This document shows positions 20,382 to 30,174 of a stretch of DNA of 64,000 nucleotides, piece by piece. Where the stretch lies: NCBI GenBank assembly GCA_002718455.1, contig PBER01000009.1, forward strand, positions 15,879 through 79,878. Reading direction: 5' to 3'. Source of the DNA: Chloroflexota bacterium (GTDB lineage Bacteria; Chloroflexota; Dehalococcoidia; Lucifugimonadales; Lucifugimonadaceae). A model generated the notes under the pieces. That model had not been told where the DNA came from, ran no database searches, and worked only from the letters and a program-made list of their open reading frames with translations. Numbering within the stretch: position 1 is the first letter of the stretch; each line of letters starts with the position of its first letter. A program made the position numbers and the translations under genes.

Positions 20382-21012
20382 AGTTAGAGAACAATTCGGC
20401 AATTGTTTAGAATTGGTTTCAATGGATCCAAATTTCCATAATATCACAGTAGGTTTGTTTATTAAAAATGACATTTTGACAGTTTGGTCATATAGCAAAA
20501 AAGAAGGTGTCAAATTAAGGTTAAATACAATAAGAGATAAAATGGTTGAATTGGGTGGCTTAAAATCTATTGATGAAGATTTTAAACTAAAAGTTCCAAA
20601 AGGATACTTTATTGAAAGGCCTTTAAGATTTTTATTTACACAATCAGTTGAAAAAGGACCTGATTTCAAATTTGATACCGGTCCAATTTCGGCATCAGAT
20701 AATAAAACAAAATTACTTTTCAATATCCAAGGGCAAAAGATGAATGATAACTACATCTATGTAGTTTCAACTAAAGGTGAACATGAACGACCATTTATTA
20801 GAATTAGAGCTGTAATTGGAGGATTTGTTAAATATGGTGAATGTATAAAAATCAATGATGAAAGTTTCTGTTTTAAAGATAAAAAACAACATGATGAATA
20901 TGTAAGAATTCTACTTCCTTATGCACGAAACGTAAGTGCTGTTGAAAATATGATTACTACTTCTGAACAAACAGGACAAATGAATACGCAGACATTAGGA
21001 TTTTCACAATAA
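20368..21012 (+). CDS. hypothetical protein embedded in the corrinoid methyltransferase operon
   Basis: 214 aa. AAGGAG lies 6 nt before the ATG. Overlaps the upstream gene by 14 nt. No motif recognised. Confidence 0.7.
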   Translation: MRVFEVREQFGNCLELVSMDPNFHNITVGLFIKNDILTVWSYSKKEGVKLRLNTIRDKMVELGGLKSIDEDFKLKVPKGYFIERPLRFLFTQSVEKGPDFKFDTGPISASDNKTKLLFNIQGQKMNDNYIYVVSTKGEHERPFIRIRAVIGGFVKYGECIKINDESFCFKDKKQHDEYVRILLPYARNVSAVENMITTSEQTGQMNTQTLGFSQ

Positions 21013-21024
21013 AAAGGAGTTCAT

Positions 21025-22056
21025 ATGAAAACAATGACCAAAAAAGAAAGAGTCTTTAATGCTTTGAATAGACAAGAAGTTGACAGGCCTCCCGTTGCAA
21101 ATCCAACTTCTGTAGCTACTGTCGAAATGATGGATTTAGTAGATGCACCATTTCCTGAAGCATGTCGATCAGCTGAATTAAATGCAAGATTAGCTGCAAC
21201 AGAAATTACTGAATTTGATTTTGATGCTATTGCTCCTTATTTTTCAATTATTCAAGAATCAAGCGCTATTGGATGCGATATGCAATGGGAACAAAAAGAT
21301 AATTGGCCTACTGTCAGGATGAGTAATCCTATATGGCAAGGTTCTTCAGATGTTAAGGTGCCTAAAGATTTTTTAGAACATAAAGACACTAAAGTTATTA
21401 TTGATTCAATTAAGATTTTAAGAAAAGAATTTGGTAACGACATTCCGATAATAGGTAAAACTATGGGTCCTTGGACTTTAGCATATCACGTTTTTGGTGT
21501 GGAAAAATTTTTACTCGGTACAATTGACAATCCATCTGAAACAAAATTAGCCCTTGAAAAATTAAAAGAGTTTACTTATTTATTTGGGGAAGCACAAATT
21601 GATGCTGGTGCTGATATACTTACTGTTCCCGACCATGCGACAGGAGATTTGGTTTCAGGTCAGTATTACAAGACATTTCTTCAAGAATTACATACTGAGA
21701 TGGCAGAAAATTTTAAAGTACCTCTTATTTTACATATATGCGGACGAACGGTAGACAGGATGCCTGCAATATCAGAGACCGGTATGCATGCGTTTCATTT
21801 TGATTCTAAGAATAAACCTGAAGAGGCAATGAATGCAGTACAAAACAAAATTGCATTAGTTGGCAATATTAATAATCCTGAAACTTTATATTCTAAAAAC
21901 ACTATAGAGGTAAAAAAAGAAGTCTTTGATTGTTTAAATGCTGGTGTACAAATTATCGCACCAGAATGTGCTATTCCTTTAAAAACTAAATCTGAAAATC
22001 TTATAGCTATAACCGAAGGTGTTTCAGATTGGCTTTCTGAACACAATAAAAATTGA
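21025..22056 (+). CDS. MtaA/CmuA-type methylcobamide methyltransferase (uroporphyrinogen decarboxylase family)
   Basis: 343 aa. N-terminus KKERVFNALNRQEVDRPPV, and the Zn-ligand pattern LHICG ... APECAI typical of MtaA/MtbA/MtsA. Confidence 0.85.
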   Translation: MKTMTKKERVFNALNRQEVDRPPVANPTSVATVEMMDLVDAPFPEACRSAELNARLAATEITEFDFDAIAPYFSIIQESSAIGCDMQWEQKDNWPTVRMSNPIWQGSSDVKVPKDFLEHKDTKVIIDSIKILRKEFGNDIPIIGKTMGPWTLAYHVFGVEKFLLGTIDNPSETKLALEKLKEFTYLFGEAQIDAGADILTVPDHATGDLVSGQYYKTFLQELHTEMAENFKVPLILHICGRTVDRMPAISETGMHAFHFDSKNKPEEAMNAVQNKIALVGNINNPETLYSKNTIEVKKEVFDCLNAGVQIIAPECAIPLKTKSENLIAITEGVSDWLSEHNKN

Positions 22057-22098
22057 GTGATGATAAAATAAAATTATATATTTTTTACCAAGGAGGAG

Positions 22099-22845
22099 TT
22101 GTTGTTTGAGCATGAAGGGCTATCAAAAGAATTCGAATTCGTAACTAAAGAAAGTGAAATTAAACATATTGGCAATTCAATACAAAACACTTCTTTAAAA
22201 ATGCAAACAATAGCCTTCGCTCTTATACAAGGGGATCAAGATACGGTAGGTGAACTTACCAAAGAATGTTTGGAAGAAGGGATATCAGCAAATGAAATAC
22301 TTGACAATGGACTTCTAAATGGAATGTCAATCGTAGGAGTTAAATTTAGAGACAATATTATTTTTGTTCCCGAAGTTCTTATATCTGCAAGAGCGATGAA
22401 AGCCGGAATGGCACATATTGAACCTATTTTATCTGAATCAGGAATAGAACCTCAAGGTAAGGTCCTAATGGGAACAGTAAAGGGAGATCTACATGACATC
22501 GGGAAAAATTTATGCATTATGATGTTAAGAGGAGCAGGTTTTACTGTGTATGACTTAGGTGTTGATACTTCACCTGAAGATTTTGCAGATGGATTCGAAG
22601 AATATCAACCAGATGTAATTGGAATGTCAGCATTACTTACTACAACAATGCCTAATATGGGTAGAACTATTCAATATTTTGAAGACATTGGGTTACGTGA
22701 TGATGTAAGATTGATGGTCGGAGGAGCGCCCGTAACTCAAGAATTTGCTGATGAAATGGGAGCGGATGCTTATGGAGAAAGTGCAGTTGATGCAGTTGAG
22801 AAAGCAAAAGAGTTAATTGTATTATTAAAAGATTTAAGAGATTGA
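22099..22845 (+). CDS. corrinoid (cobalamin-binding) methyl-carrier protein
   Basis: 248 aa. B12-binding motifs GDLHDIGKN (DxHxxG), SALLTTT and GGAPVT, plus an N-terminal helical cap. The start is ambiguous: TTG at 22099 or 22102 just after AGGAGG, or ATG at 22201. Confidence 0.9.
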   Translation: MLFEHEGLSKEFEFVTKESEIKHIGNSIQNTSLKMQTIAFALIQGDQDTVGELTKECLEEGISANEILDNGLLNGMSIVGVKFRDNIIFVPEVLISARAMKAGMAHIEPILSESGIEPQGKVLMGTVKGDLHDIGKNLCIMMLRGAGFTVYDLGVDTSPEDFADGFEEYQPDVIGMSALLTTTMPNMGRTIQYFEDIGLRDDVRLMVGGAPVTQEFADEMGADAYGESAVDAVEKAKELIVLLKDLRD

Positions 22846-22857
22846 TTTAATTTTAAA

Positions 22858-23121
22858 ATGCCTTCTGAAAAAAAAAGATTGGAAAAAAGCCTCGATAAAT
22901 TGTTCAAAATTTATAAGGATATTTCGACAAAAGCTGACGAAGTTAATCAATATCGCTGTCCTTATAAAAACGCAAAAAACATTTGCACGGCTACTTTCAA
23001 ATGCTTAAATCAACATTTTATAAAAGATAATCCAAAAGAACCAATCTGTATAGGTTCTGAAAAATTAGATTATAGGCCAGCCTGGATTACTGATCAACCA
23101 ATTAAAAGTAATGACGAGTAA
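22858..23121 (+). CDS. small Cys-containing hypothetical protein
   Basis: 87 aa with four Cys (RCPYKNAKNICTATFKC...PICIG). Lies 12 nt after the corrinoid gene and overlaps the activase gene by 11 nt. Confidence 0.5.
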   Translation: MPSEKKRLEKSLDKLFKIYKDISTKADEVNQYRCPYKNAKNICTATFKCLNQHFIKDNPKEPICIGSEKLDYRPAWITDQPIKSNDE

Positions 23122-24745
23122 TAATTATAAATATGAAGAAAACTCTTCATCACTAAGTCTTAATACTACAATATTTCAATGTGCAGATAAAATAAAATTA
23201 AGAATACCAACTTCTTGTGGACGTTTGGGTGAATGTCATGAATGTATAGTAGAAATCTTAAATGGAAAATCTAACTTATCTAATAGAACTGAAGAGGAAA
23301 TGTTTCTTAAAGATCCATTTAGATTAGCATGTCAAGCTAAAATTGTTTCAACAAAAGAAAAATTATCATTTAGACCAAGAAACCGAGACAGAAAAATTTT
23401 AACAGATTCTTTTTTACCCAAAACATTTGAACTTTCTAATAACTTTATAATTTCTTCTAACGGTGTTGAAAAAAAAGAAAATGATACATTTGTGAAACTA
23501 CTTGATAAAGAATCTGATATTTATGGTTTAGCAATTGATGTGGGAACCACCACAGTTGCTATTAATTTAGTAAATTTACTTACAGGAGAAATTTTACTTA
23601 CTTCTTCATATGAAAACCCTCAAGTTTTTGGTGGATCAGATGTTATCAACCGTATATCGTACGATTCAACTAAATTTAAAGGAGAATTACACAAAGCAAT
23701 AATTTCTTCAGTTAATTTTGAAATAGGTGAAATGATTAAACCATTAAAGATTAGAAGAAGACAAATCATAGAAATAACTATTGTAGGGAATACTACAATG
23801 AGAGATATATTTTTCGATTTAAACGTTGAAACAATAGGACTCAAACCATATAAATCTTCAATAGAATTCGATTATATAAATAATAAAGTTGAGTCTACAG
23901 AACTGAAAAGATCTGCTAAAGAAATGGGAATCAGGATTAATCCAAAAGCTCTTATATATAGTCCTCCACTTATAGCATCTCATATTGGTTCTGATGTATC
24001 TGCTGGTTTGATTTCCTCTAGTTTTTTTGATAACGATTCGAATAAATTATTTATAGATATTGGTACAAATACTGAAGTTGTAATAGGAAATTCAAAAAAA
24101 ATGAGCGCAGCCTCTTGTCCAGCTGGTCCAGCATTTGAAGGAGGAGAAGTCACTTTTGGAATGCCAGGGTATGATGGAGCCATAGAAAAAGTAAAATGGA
24201 ATGATGGAGGGATAACTTTTCAAACAATAGGTAATTCTGAACCTTTAGGTATATGCGGCTCTGGTTTAATAGATTTGCTTTCTGAAATGAAAAAGAAAAA
24301 ATATATGAACGACTTAGGACAATTTAAAAACCAAGAAAATGAATTAATAATTGATAAAGAAAATAATATTCTCATATCTCGAAAAGATGTTTCAGCTCTA
24401 GCTCAAGCCAAGGCTGCGAATGTGTGTGGTCAAGCTTTAACTATAAAAGATTATGGTATTTCTATAAATGATTTAGATACTGTATATTTAGCAGGTGGAT
24501 TTGCTAGTTATATAGATGTAGATAATGCAAGAGAAATTGGTTTTATCTTGAATTTTCCTGAAGATAAAATTGTTAAAATAGGTAACTCAGCATTAAATGG
24601 TGCAACCCATTTGTTGCTATCCGATCAAGCTAGAAATAAATTGGTAAAATATGTTAAACAAATAAACCATTTAGAATTAGAAACCAAAACTGAATTTTTT
24701 GATTATTTTGTTGAAGGATGCCAATTTAAAAAAATTAATTTATAA
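23111..24745 (+). CDS. RACo/RamA-like reductive activator of corrinoid enzymes (2Fe-2S ferredoxin plus ASKHA ATPase)
   Basis: 544 aa. Plant-type ferredoxin cysteines SCGRLGECHEC...LACQAKI. ASKHA phosphate motifs GLAIDVGTTTVAINLV and IDIGTNTEVV. Confidence 0.85.
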   Translation: MTSNNYKYEENSSSLSLNTTIFQCADKIKLRIPTSCGRLGECHECIVEILNGKSNLSNRTEEEMFLKDPFRLACQAKIVSTKEKLSFRPRNRDRKILTDSFLPKTFELSNNFIISSNGVEKKENDTFVKLLDKESDIYGLAIDVGTTTVAINLVNLLTGEILLTSSYENPQVFGGSDVINRISYDSTKFKGELHKAIISSVNFEIGEMIKPLKIRRRQIIEITIVGNTTMRDIFFDLNVETIGLKPYKSSIEFDYINNKVESTELKRSAKEMGIRINPKALIYSPPLIASHIGSDVSAGLISSSFFDNDSNKLFIDIGTNTEVVIGNSKKMSAASCPAGPAFEGGEVTFGMPGYDGAIEKVKWNDGGITFQTIGNSEPLGICGSGLIDLLSEMKKKKYMNDLGQFKNQENELIIDKENNILISRKDVSALAQAKAANVCGQALTIKDYGISINDLDTVYLAGGFASYIDVDNAREIGFILNFPEDKIVKIGNSALNGATHLLLSDQARNKLVKYVKQINHLELETKTEFFDYFVEGCQFKKINL

Positions 24746-24754
24746 AGGAGCAAT

Positions 24755-25744
24755 ATGAAATATAAAGCAATTGTAACCGATTATGTTTGGCCTAATTTAG
24801 ATATTGAGAGATCGATATTAAATGAAAATGAAATTGATCTTGTTGATTGTAAATCTATGAGCCGCGAGGAGATTTTAAGTGAATCAACTGATGCCGATGC
24901 AATAATTTTTTGCTTTGCAGATGTAGATTCAGAATTGTTAGAAAAAGCGAAAAAATGTAAAGTTGCTTCTCGATATGGAATCGGTGTTGATAATATTGAC
25001 ATAAAAAAATGTACTGAACTAGGTATAGTGGTAACAAATATTCCAGATTACTGTTTAGAAGAAGTTGCAGACCATGCTATTGGTATGATTTTAAGTTTAA
25101 ATCGTCGAATTACAGAACACTGGGATTTAGTAAAAAATGGAGGATGGCATGAATTAAATCTTGATATTCCTGTTCTTAGATTAAGTGAAGCTACTTTAGG
25201 TATAGTAGGATTTGGAAGAATTGGCAAAACTATAGCTCAAAGAATGTCATCTTTTGGAGTAAAAATAATTGCTTCTGATCCAATTTTGAAACCTGGTGAA
25301 ATTATTGATAACGTAAAAATTGTTACTTTTGATCAATTGTTGGAACAATCAGATTTTATAACAGTGCATGTTCCCCTTATGGAAGATACACACCATTTGT
25401 TTTCAAAACCAGAATTTTCCATAATGAAGAATAATGCAATATTAATCAATTGTGCTAGAGGAGGCCTGATTAATGAAATGGATGCAGCATTAGCTTTAAA
25501 AAACAATGAAATTGGCGGAGTAGGCTTAGATGTAATAGAGGACATGTCAGATAAACCAACTAGTCCATTATTTGAATCTAAAAATGTTATTATTACACCG
25601 CACACAGCTTTTTTTTCTAAATCTTCAAATGAAGAACTTCAAAAAAGAACAGCTCAAGAAGTAGTAAGAGTAATAAATTCAAAACAACCAGAAAATTTTA
25701 TAAATCCTGAAGTAATTAATAATTCAAGATTGAAATTAGTTTAA
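24755..25744 (+). CDS. D-isomer-specific 2-hydroxyacid dehydrogenase (CtBP/PGDH-like)
   Basis: 329 aa. GIVGFGRIGKTIA, NCARGGLI and TPHTAF motifs. AAGGAG-preceded ATG 9 nt after the activase gene. Confidence 0.8.
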   Translation: MKYKAIVTDYVWPNLDIERSILNENEIDLVDCKSMSREEILSESTDADAIIFCFADVDSELLEKAKKCKVASRYGIGVDNIDIKKCTELGIVVTNIPDYCLEEVADHAIGMILSLNRRITEHWDLVKNGGWHELNLDIPVLRLSEATLGIVGFGRIGKTIAQRMSSFGVKIIASDPILKPGEIIDNVKIVTFDQLLEQSDFITVHVPLMEDTHHLFSKPEFSIMKNNAILINCARGGLINEMDAALALKNNEIGGVGLDVIEDMSDKPTSPLFESKNVIITPHTAFFSKSSNEELQKRTAQEVVRVINSKQPENFINPEVINNSRLKLV

Positions 25745-26941
25745 ATTCTGATAATCACTTTCAACAGGCTCTTCTTCTTTTAATTCATCAATAATATTCA
25801 CACTTTCATTTTCTTCAGAAATAGGTGGGATTTCATTAGATGTACTAATTTTCAATGATTCCATTTTTAAAAACTGTCTGTCTATTGCATTTATACGTGT
25901 TTCAGATAAATTTCTCATAGTATTCCCAAGTGTTTGATATTGCCTTAGCAATTTCTGATGTTCATTTTTATATATTGCCCATTGTTTTTGTATAGTATCA
26001 AGCATCAGCCTAAATTCTTGGTTTTTTTCAGAAATTGAAACAGTTTCAATAAATTCTCTTATAACACCTAATATAGCTAAAAGGTTCATCGGAGATATAA
26101 CGATTACTTTCTTGTTATGTGCATATTCTATAATCGAATAGTCATTATCATATATAAACTGTAAAACATTATCGCTAGGAATAAAAATCAATGCATTATC
26201 TAAAGTGTTATCTTCAGTATTTATATAGTTTCTTGAGTCTGTTATTTCCTTAATCCTATCTTTGAAATCTCTTAAAAACTCTCTTGTCAATCTGTCTTTT
26301 TCAGTTTCCGAAGCATTCATAAGGTCCTGGAATTTGCTAAAAGGAAATTTTACATCCATATGTAATTTTTTATTTTGTGGAAGCATAAATGTAAAATCAG
26401 GAATCTCACCACTACTTACAATTTTTTCACTTTTTTTATAATTAACATTTTTTATAAAGCCACCTTGTTTCAATATATCTTCTGCTAGATATTCACCAAG
26501 TTGACCTCTTATTTGGTTACTTGAAAGAACTCCAGTTAACTTTCCCAATTCTTTTCTACTTTCGTGTAATGCATCTTCTGTATTTTTATGTTGTTTTCCA
26601 AGTAATTCTGTGACTGTTTTCAACTGGGTTATATTGATTTTCTGGTCATCGGTTTTTTTATTAACCAATTCTTTCATTTCTTGAATATTTTTATCAATAT
26701 TTTTAGATGTATTTGTTAATTTCAAATCAAAAATGTTTTGTTCTTGATCTAATTTGTTTTTTATTATTTCTGAAACATCATTCTTGATAAGATCATTATT
26801 GAATATTTGATCTTGCTTAATTGAATCTAATAAACTTATAAATGATTTTTCTGAATTGTTTTGAGAAAACCTAAAGAATAGAAAAATTATTACTAAAAGA
26901 ATAATTGTTATAGAAAAACCTAATATTAGCAGTAAATCCAT
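25736..26941 (-). CDS. rmuC: DNA recombination protein RmuC
   Basis: 401 aa. N-terminal TM helix, long coiled coil and a C-terminal RmuC nuclease-like core (IPDFTFMLP...MDVKFP). Confidence 0.85.
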   Translation of the reverse strand: MDLLLILGFSITIILLVIIFLFFRFSQNNSEKSFISLLDSIKQDQIFNNDLIKNDVSEIIKNKLDQEQNIFDLKLTNTSKNIDKNIQEMKELVNKKTDDQKINITQLKTVTELLGKQHKNTEDALHESRKELGKLTGVLSSNQIRGQLGEYLAEDILKQGGFIKNVNYKKSEKIVSSGEIPDFTFMLPQNKKLHMDVKFPFSKFQDLMNASETEKDRLTREFLRDFKDRIKEITDSRNYINTEDNTLDNALIFIPSDNVLQFIYDNDYSIIEYAHNKKVIVISPMNLLAILGVIREFIETVSISEKNQEFRLMLDTIQKQWAIYKNEHQKLLRQYQTLGNTMRNLSETRINAIDRQFLKMESLKISTSNEIPPISEENESVNIIDELKEEEPVESDYQNLN

Positions 26942-27007
26942 TTGATATAAAAAGTATATTTATATACATTATAGACCAACTAATAATAACCTAAAAGGTG
27001 ACTCAAA

Positions 27008-28030
27008 ATGACAGAAACGTCTTCTATGAAAGCTATGACTTGGAGGGGTGGTAACAATTTTACCTCCGACCAACTTGAAATACCTCAAGTAATTGATAAA
27101 ACATGCCTTATAGAAATAGACACTGCTGGTATTTGCGGAACAGACATCCATATAACCCAAGGTTTATTTCCCTCACCTGAAAATGTTGTTCTGGGTCACG
27201 AGTTCTCTGGAAAAGTAGTCGATGTTGGAAAAGGTGTAGATAAGAATTTGTTAAATCAATCAGTTACAGCGCAACCTGTTGGAGGATGTGGACTCTGCGA
27301 AAGTTGTGAAAAATGGTCTCTATCTCATTGTGAAAAAAATAAAAGAAGAGCCGGAGCATTTAGTGAATACGTATTAGTCGATGAAAAAGGAATTTCTGTA
27401 ATTCCAGACAATTTATCCATTCAAAATGCTGCACTAACAGAACCAGCTGCATGTAGTTTATCATGTGTAGAAATGTTAAAAAAACCACTACCAACAAGCA
27501 CAGCTGTTGTTATCGGAAATGGTTTGTTAGGATTATCAACCATCTATTTTCTAAAAGAAATGGGTATAGATAAAATTATATCTTCTGAAATTGCTGAATC
27601 AAGAAGAAATTTAGCAAAACTATTTGGATCTGATATTACTATTGATCCGACTAAAACTGATCTAGCTGAAGTAGTAGAAACTGAGACTAATGGTTATGGA
27701 GCAGACATTGTTGCAGAAGCTGTTGGTAATCCAAATGTAATTAAAAATTGTTTTGAGCTTATAAGACCAAGAGGACAAATGTTACTAGTTGGAGTTCATC
27801 CAAAGGGCTCTTATTTACCGTTTGATCTCCATGATTTACATTTCAAAGAGATATCTATATTTGGTGCTTCTGGTGCAGGTAATTCTTTTAAAAGAGCACT
27901 TAATCATTTACCAAATATGCCATTAGAAGATATTATTTCTGGGCGCTATCCTTTAGAAGGATTACCTCAAGCTATAGAAAAATCTGCAAATGCTGAAGGA
28001 ATTAAATTTGTTATTGGACCTAACGATTAA
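27008..28030 (+). CDS. Zn-dependent alcohol/sorbitol/threonine dehydrogenase family (MDR)
   Basis: 340 aa. GICGTDIH, GHEFSG, and a structural-Zn Cys cluster GGCGLCESCEKWSLSHC. Confidence 0.85.
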   Translation: MTETSSMKAMTWRGGNNFTSDQLEIPQVIDKTCLIEIDTAGICGTDIHITQGLFPSPENVVLGHEFSGKVVDVGKGVDKNLLNQSVTAQPVGGCGLCESCEKWSLSHCEKNKRRAGAFSEYVLVDEKGISVIPDNLSIQNAALTEPAACSLSCVEMLKKPLPTSTAVVIGNGLLGLSTIYFLKEMGIDKIISSEIAESRRNLAKLFGSDITIDPTKTDLAEVVETETNGYGADIVAEAVGNPNVIKNCFELIRPRGQMLLVGVHPKGSYLPFDLHDLHFKEISIFGASGAGNSFKRALNHLPNMPLEDIISGRYPLEGLPQAIEKSANAEGIKFVIGPND

Positions 28031-28057
28031 TTTCCAGTTTAGATATAAAATTAAACT

Positions 28058-29215
28058 ATGAATGATAATAAAATGAACCATAAAGATCTATTTAATCTCG
28101 ATAAACAAATAGTTTATCTGAATAGTGCATACATGGGACTTTTACCTAAAGAATCAGTTACACGAGGGATAGAAGGCTTAGAATTTAAATCCAAAGCCTG
28201 GGAAATTGAATGGAAAGATTTTTACGCTGCACCAGAAAATACTAGAAAAGTGTTTGCAAACATAATTAATTCAGATACAAATTCTATCTTTTTTGTTCCT
28301 TCAGCAAGTTACGGATTTGCTACATTTGCTAAAAACTTCAATCTAACAAGTAGAAAAACGATTCTTTTATTAGAAGAAGAATTCCCTTCCAATGTTTGGG
28401 TATGGAAAGATTTAGCAGAGAGAGACAATGGTAATATAAAATTTGTGAAAAGACCCGAAAATGACGACTGGACATCTGCTATATTAGAAAATATCAACGA
28501 TCAAACTGCATTGATTTCAGTTCCCAATTGCCATTGGACGGATGGAGGATTAATTGATTTATTGAAGTTATCTAATGAATGCAAAAATAATGATATAGCT
28601 TTAACTATAGACGGAACCCAATCTGTTGGTGCAATGCCAATAGATATACAAAATATCAAGCCAGATTTACTAGTGGTTTCAGGCTACAAATGGTGTTTAG
28701 GTCCTTATAGTTTGGGGGCTGCATATATAGATAAAAAATACCATGATGGAACTCCAATAGAACACAACTGGATGGCAAAATACCCTTTACCAGAAGATAA
28801 TTATGTTCCTAATATGACAAAGTATGAAGATTTTACCATAGAAAATGCAAGGAGATTTGATTTTGGACAAAGAGGAAATTTTCATCTTATGCCAGTATTT
28901 GAAGAATCATTAAGTTTAATCGATAGATTATCTCCAGAATATATATATGCATATATAGGTAAATTAAATGAAGAAATTATTAAAAAAACTTCAGAAATAG
29001 GTTTTACACATATTGATGATGAATATAGAGCTAAACATTATTTAGGTTTAAGATTTGAAAATGAAATTCCAGATAAATTTATTGATAAATTAATGACTGA
29101 AAATATATATATAAGCTCTAGAGGGAAAAGAGCACTTAGAGTAACTCCACATATTTGGAATGATTATGCCGATGTCGATAAATTTGTAACCGCTTTATCT
29201 AAAATCCTTAGGTGA
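28058..29215 (+). CDS. class V aminotransferase-fold PLP enzyme (cysteine desulfurase/epimerase-like)
   Basis: 385 aa. Putative PLP-lysine context VVSGYKWCLGP. Confidence 0.75.
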   Translation: MNDNKMNHKDLFNLDKQIVYLNSAYMGLLPKESVTRGIEGLEFKSKAWEIEWKDFYAAPENTRKVFANIINSDTNSIFFVPSASYGFATFAKNFNLTSRKTILLLEEEFPSNVWVWKDLAERDNGNIKFVKRPENDDWTSAILENINDQTALISVPNCHWTDGGLIDLLKLSNECKNNDIALTIDGTQSVGAMPIDIQNIKPDLLVVSGYKWCLGPYSLGAAYIDKKYHDGTPIEHNWMAKYPLPEDNYVPNMTKYEDFTIENARRFDFGQRGNFHLMPVFEESLSLIDRLSPEYIYAYIGKLNEEIIKKTSEIGFTHIDDEYRAKHYLGLRFENEIPDKFIDKLMTENIYISSRGKRALRVTPHIWNDYADVDKFVTALSKILR

Positions 29216-29218
29216 ATA

Positions 29219-30148
29219 ATGAGCATGTATATCAAAGAAAAAACTGTACAAGAAATATTAGATGTGAGAACAACAGTAGATCTTTTAGAAGAAGCTATGA
29301 AGTCTTTATCTACAGGTAAAGGATTCAATAGTCCCAGAAATCGATTACCTACAAGCTACTCGGGTGGAAATCTACACTTTATGGCCGCATCATGGCCAGA
29401 AAAAGGTATAGCTGGTCATAAAAGCTATGTTGTAACAAAAGGGATCGCTACTTTTGTAGTAATTCTTTATTCAACTGAAGGTAAAGGATTATTAGCTATT
29501 ATAGAAGCCAATCTTTTGGGTCAAATTAGAACAGGTGCTGCTTCAGGTCTTGCTTCAAAATATTTAGCTAATAATAATTCCAAGAAATTAGCTGTTATAG
29601 GTTCTGGATTTCAAGCAGAAACTCAACTTGAAGCAATTGTTTCTCAATTAGATTTAGATGAAGTAAGAGTTTATTCAAGGACTAAAGATAAAAGAGAAAG
29701 TTTTGCAAATAAAATGTCTAATAAACTAGGTATAAATATTAAAACCTGTAATTCATCTGAAGAAGCTACTAATGGTTGCGATATTATTTCATTGATAACA
29801 AATTCAAGCACTCCTGTGATTTCAGATGATCAAATTAATGAAGGAATACATATAAATGCAGCTGGTGGTAATAGTTGGCTACGTTCTGAAATATCCTCAA
29901 ATGCAATAAATAAGTTTGATTTTGTTTCTTGCGATGATCTTGAACAAGCCAAAATAGAGTGCAAAGAACTAATGGAAGCAACCGAAAAAGGTATTATTTC
30001 ATGGAATAATGTGCATCAAATATCTTCAGTAATTGATGGAAAAATAAAAGGTAGAACAAAATCACAGGATATTACTTTGTATGAATCATTAGGTATAGCT
30101 ATTCAAGATATTGCAGCTGCTAAATATGTTTATGACCAACTCAATTAA
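29219..30148 (+). CDS. ornithine cyclodeaminase / mu-crystallin family protein
   Basis: 309 aa. LAVIGSGFQAETQLEA Rossmann motif and family-typical length and layout. Confidence 0.8.
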   Translation: MSMYIKEKTVQEILDVRTTVDLLEEAMKSLSTGKGFNSPRNRLPTSYSGGNLHFMAASWPEKGIAGHKSYVVTKGIATFVVILYSTEGKGLLAIIEANLLGQIRTGAASGLASKYLANNNSKKLAVIGSGFQAETQLEAIVSQLDLDEVRVYSRTKDKRESFANKMSNKLGINIKTCNSSEEATNGCDIISLITNSSTPVISDDQINEGIHINAAGGNSWLRSEISSNAINKFDFVSCDDLEQAKIECKELMEATEKGIISWNNVHQISSVIDGKIKGRTKSQDITLYESLGIAIQDIAAAKYVYDQLN

Positions 30149-30174
30149 ATACATCAAGTATTTATTTCTATTAA

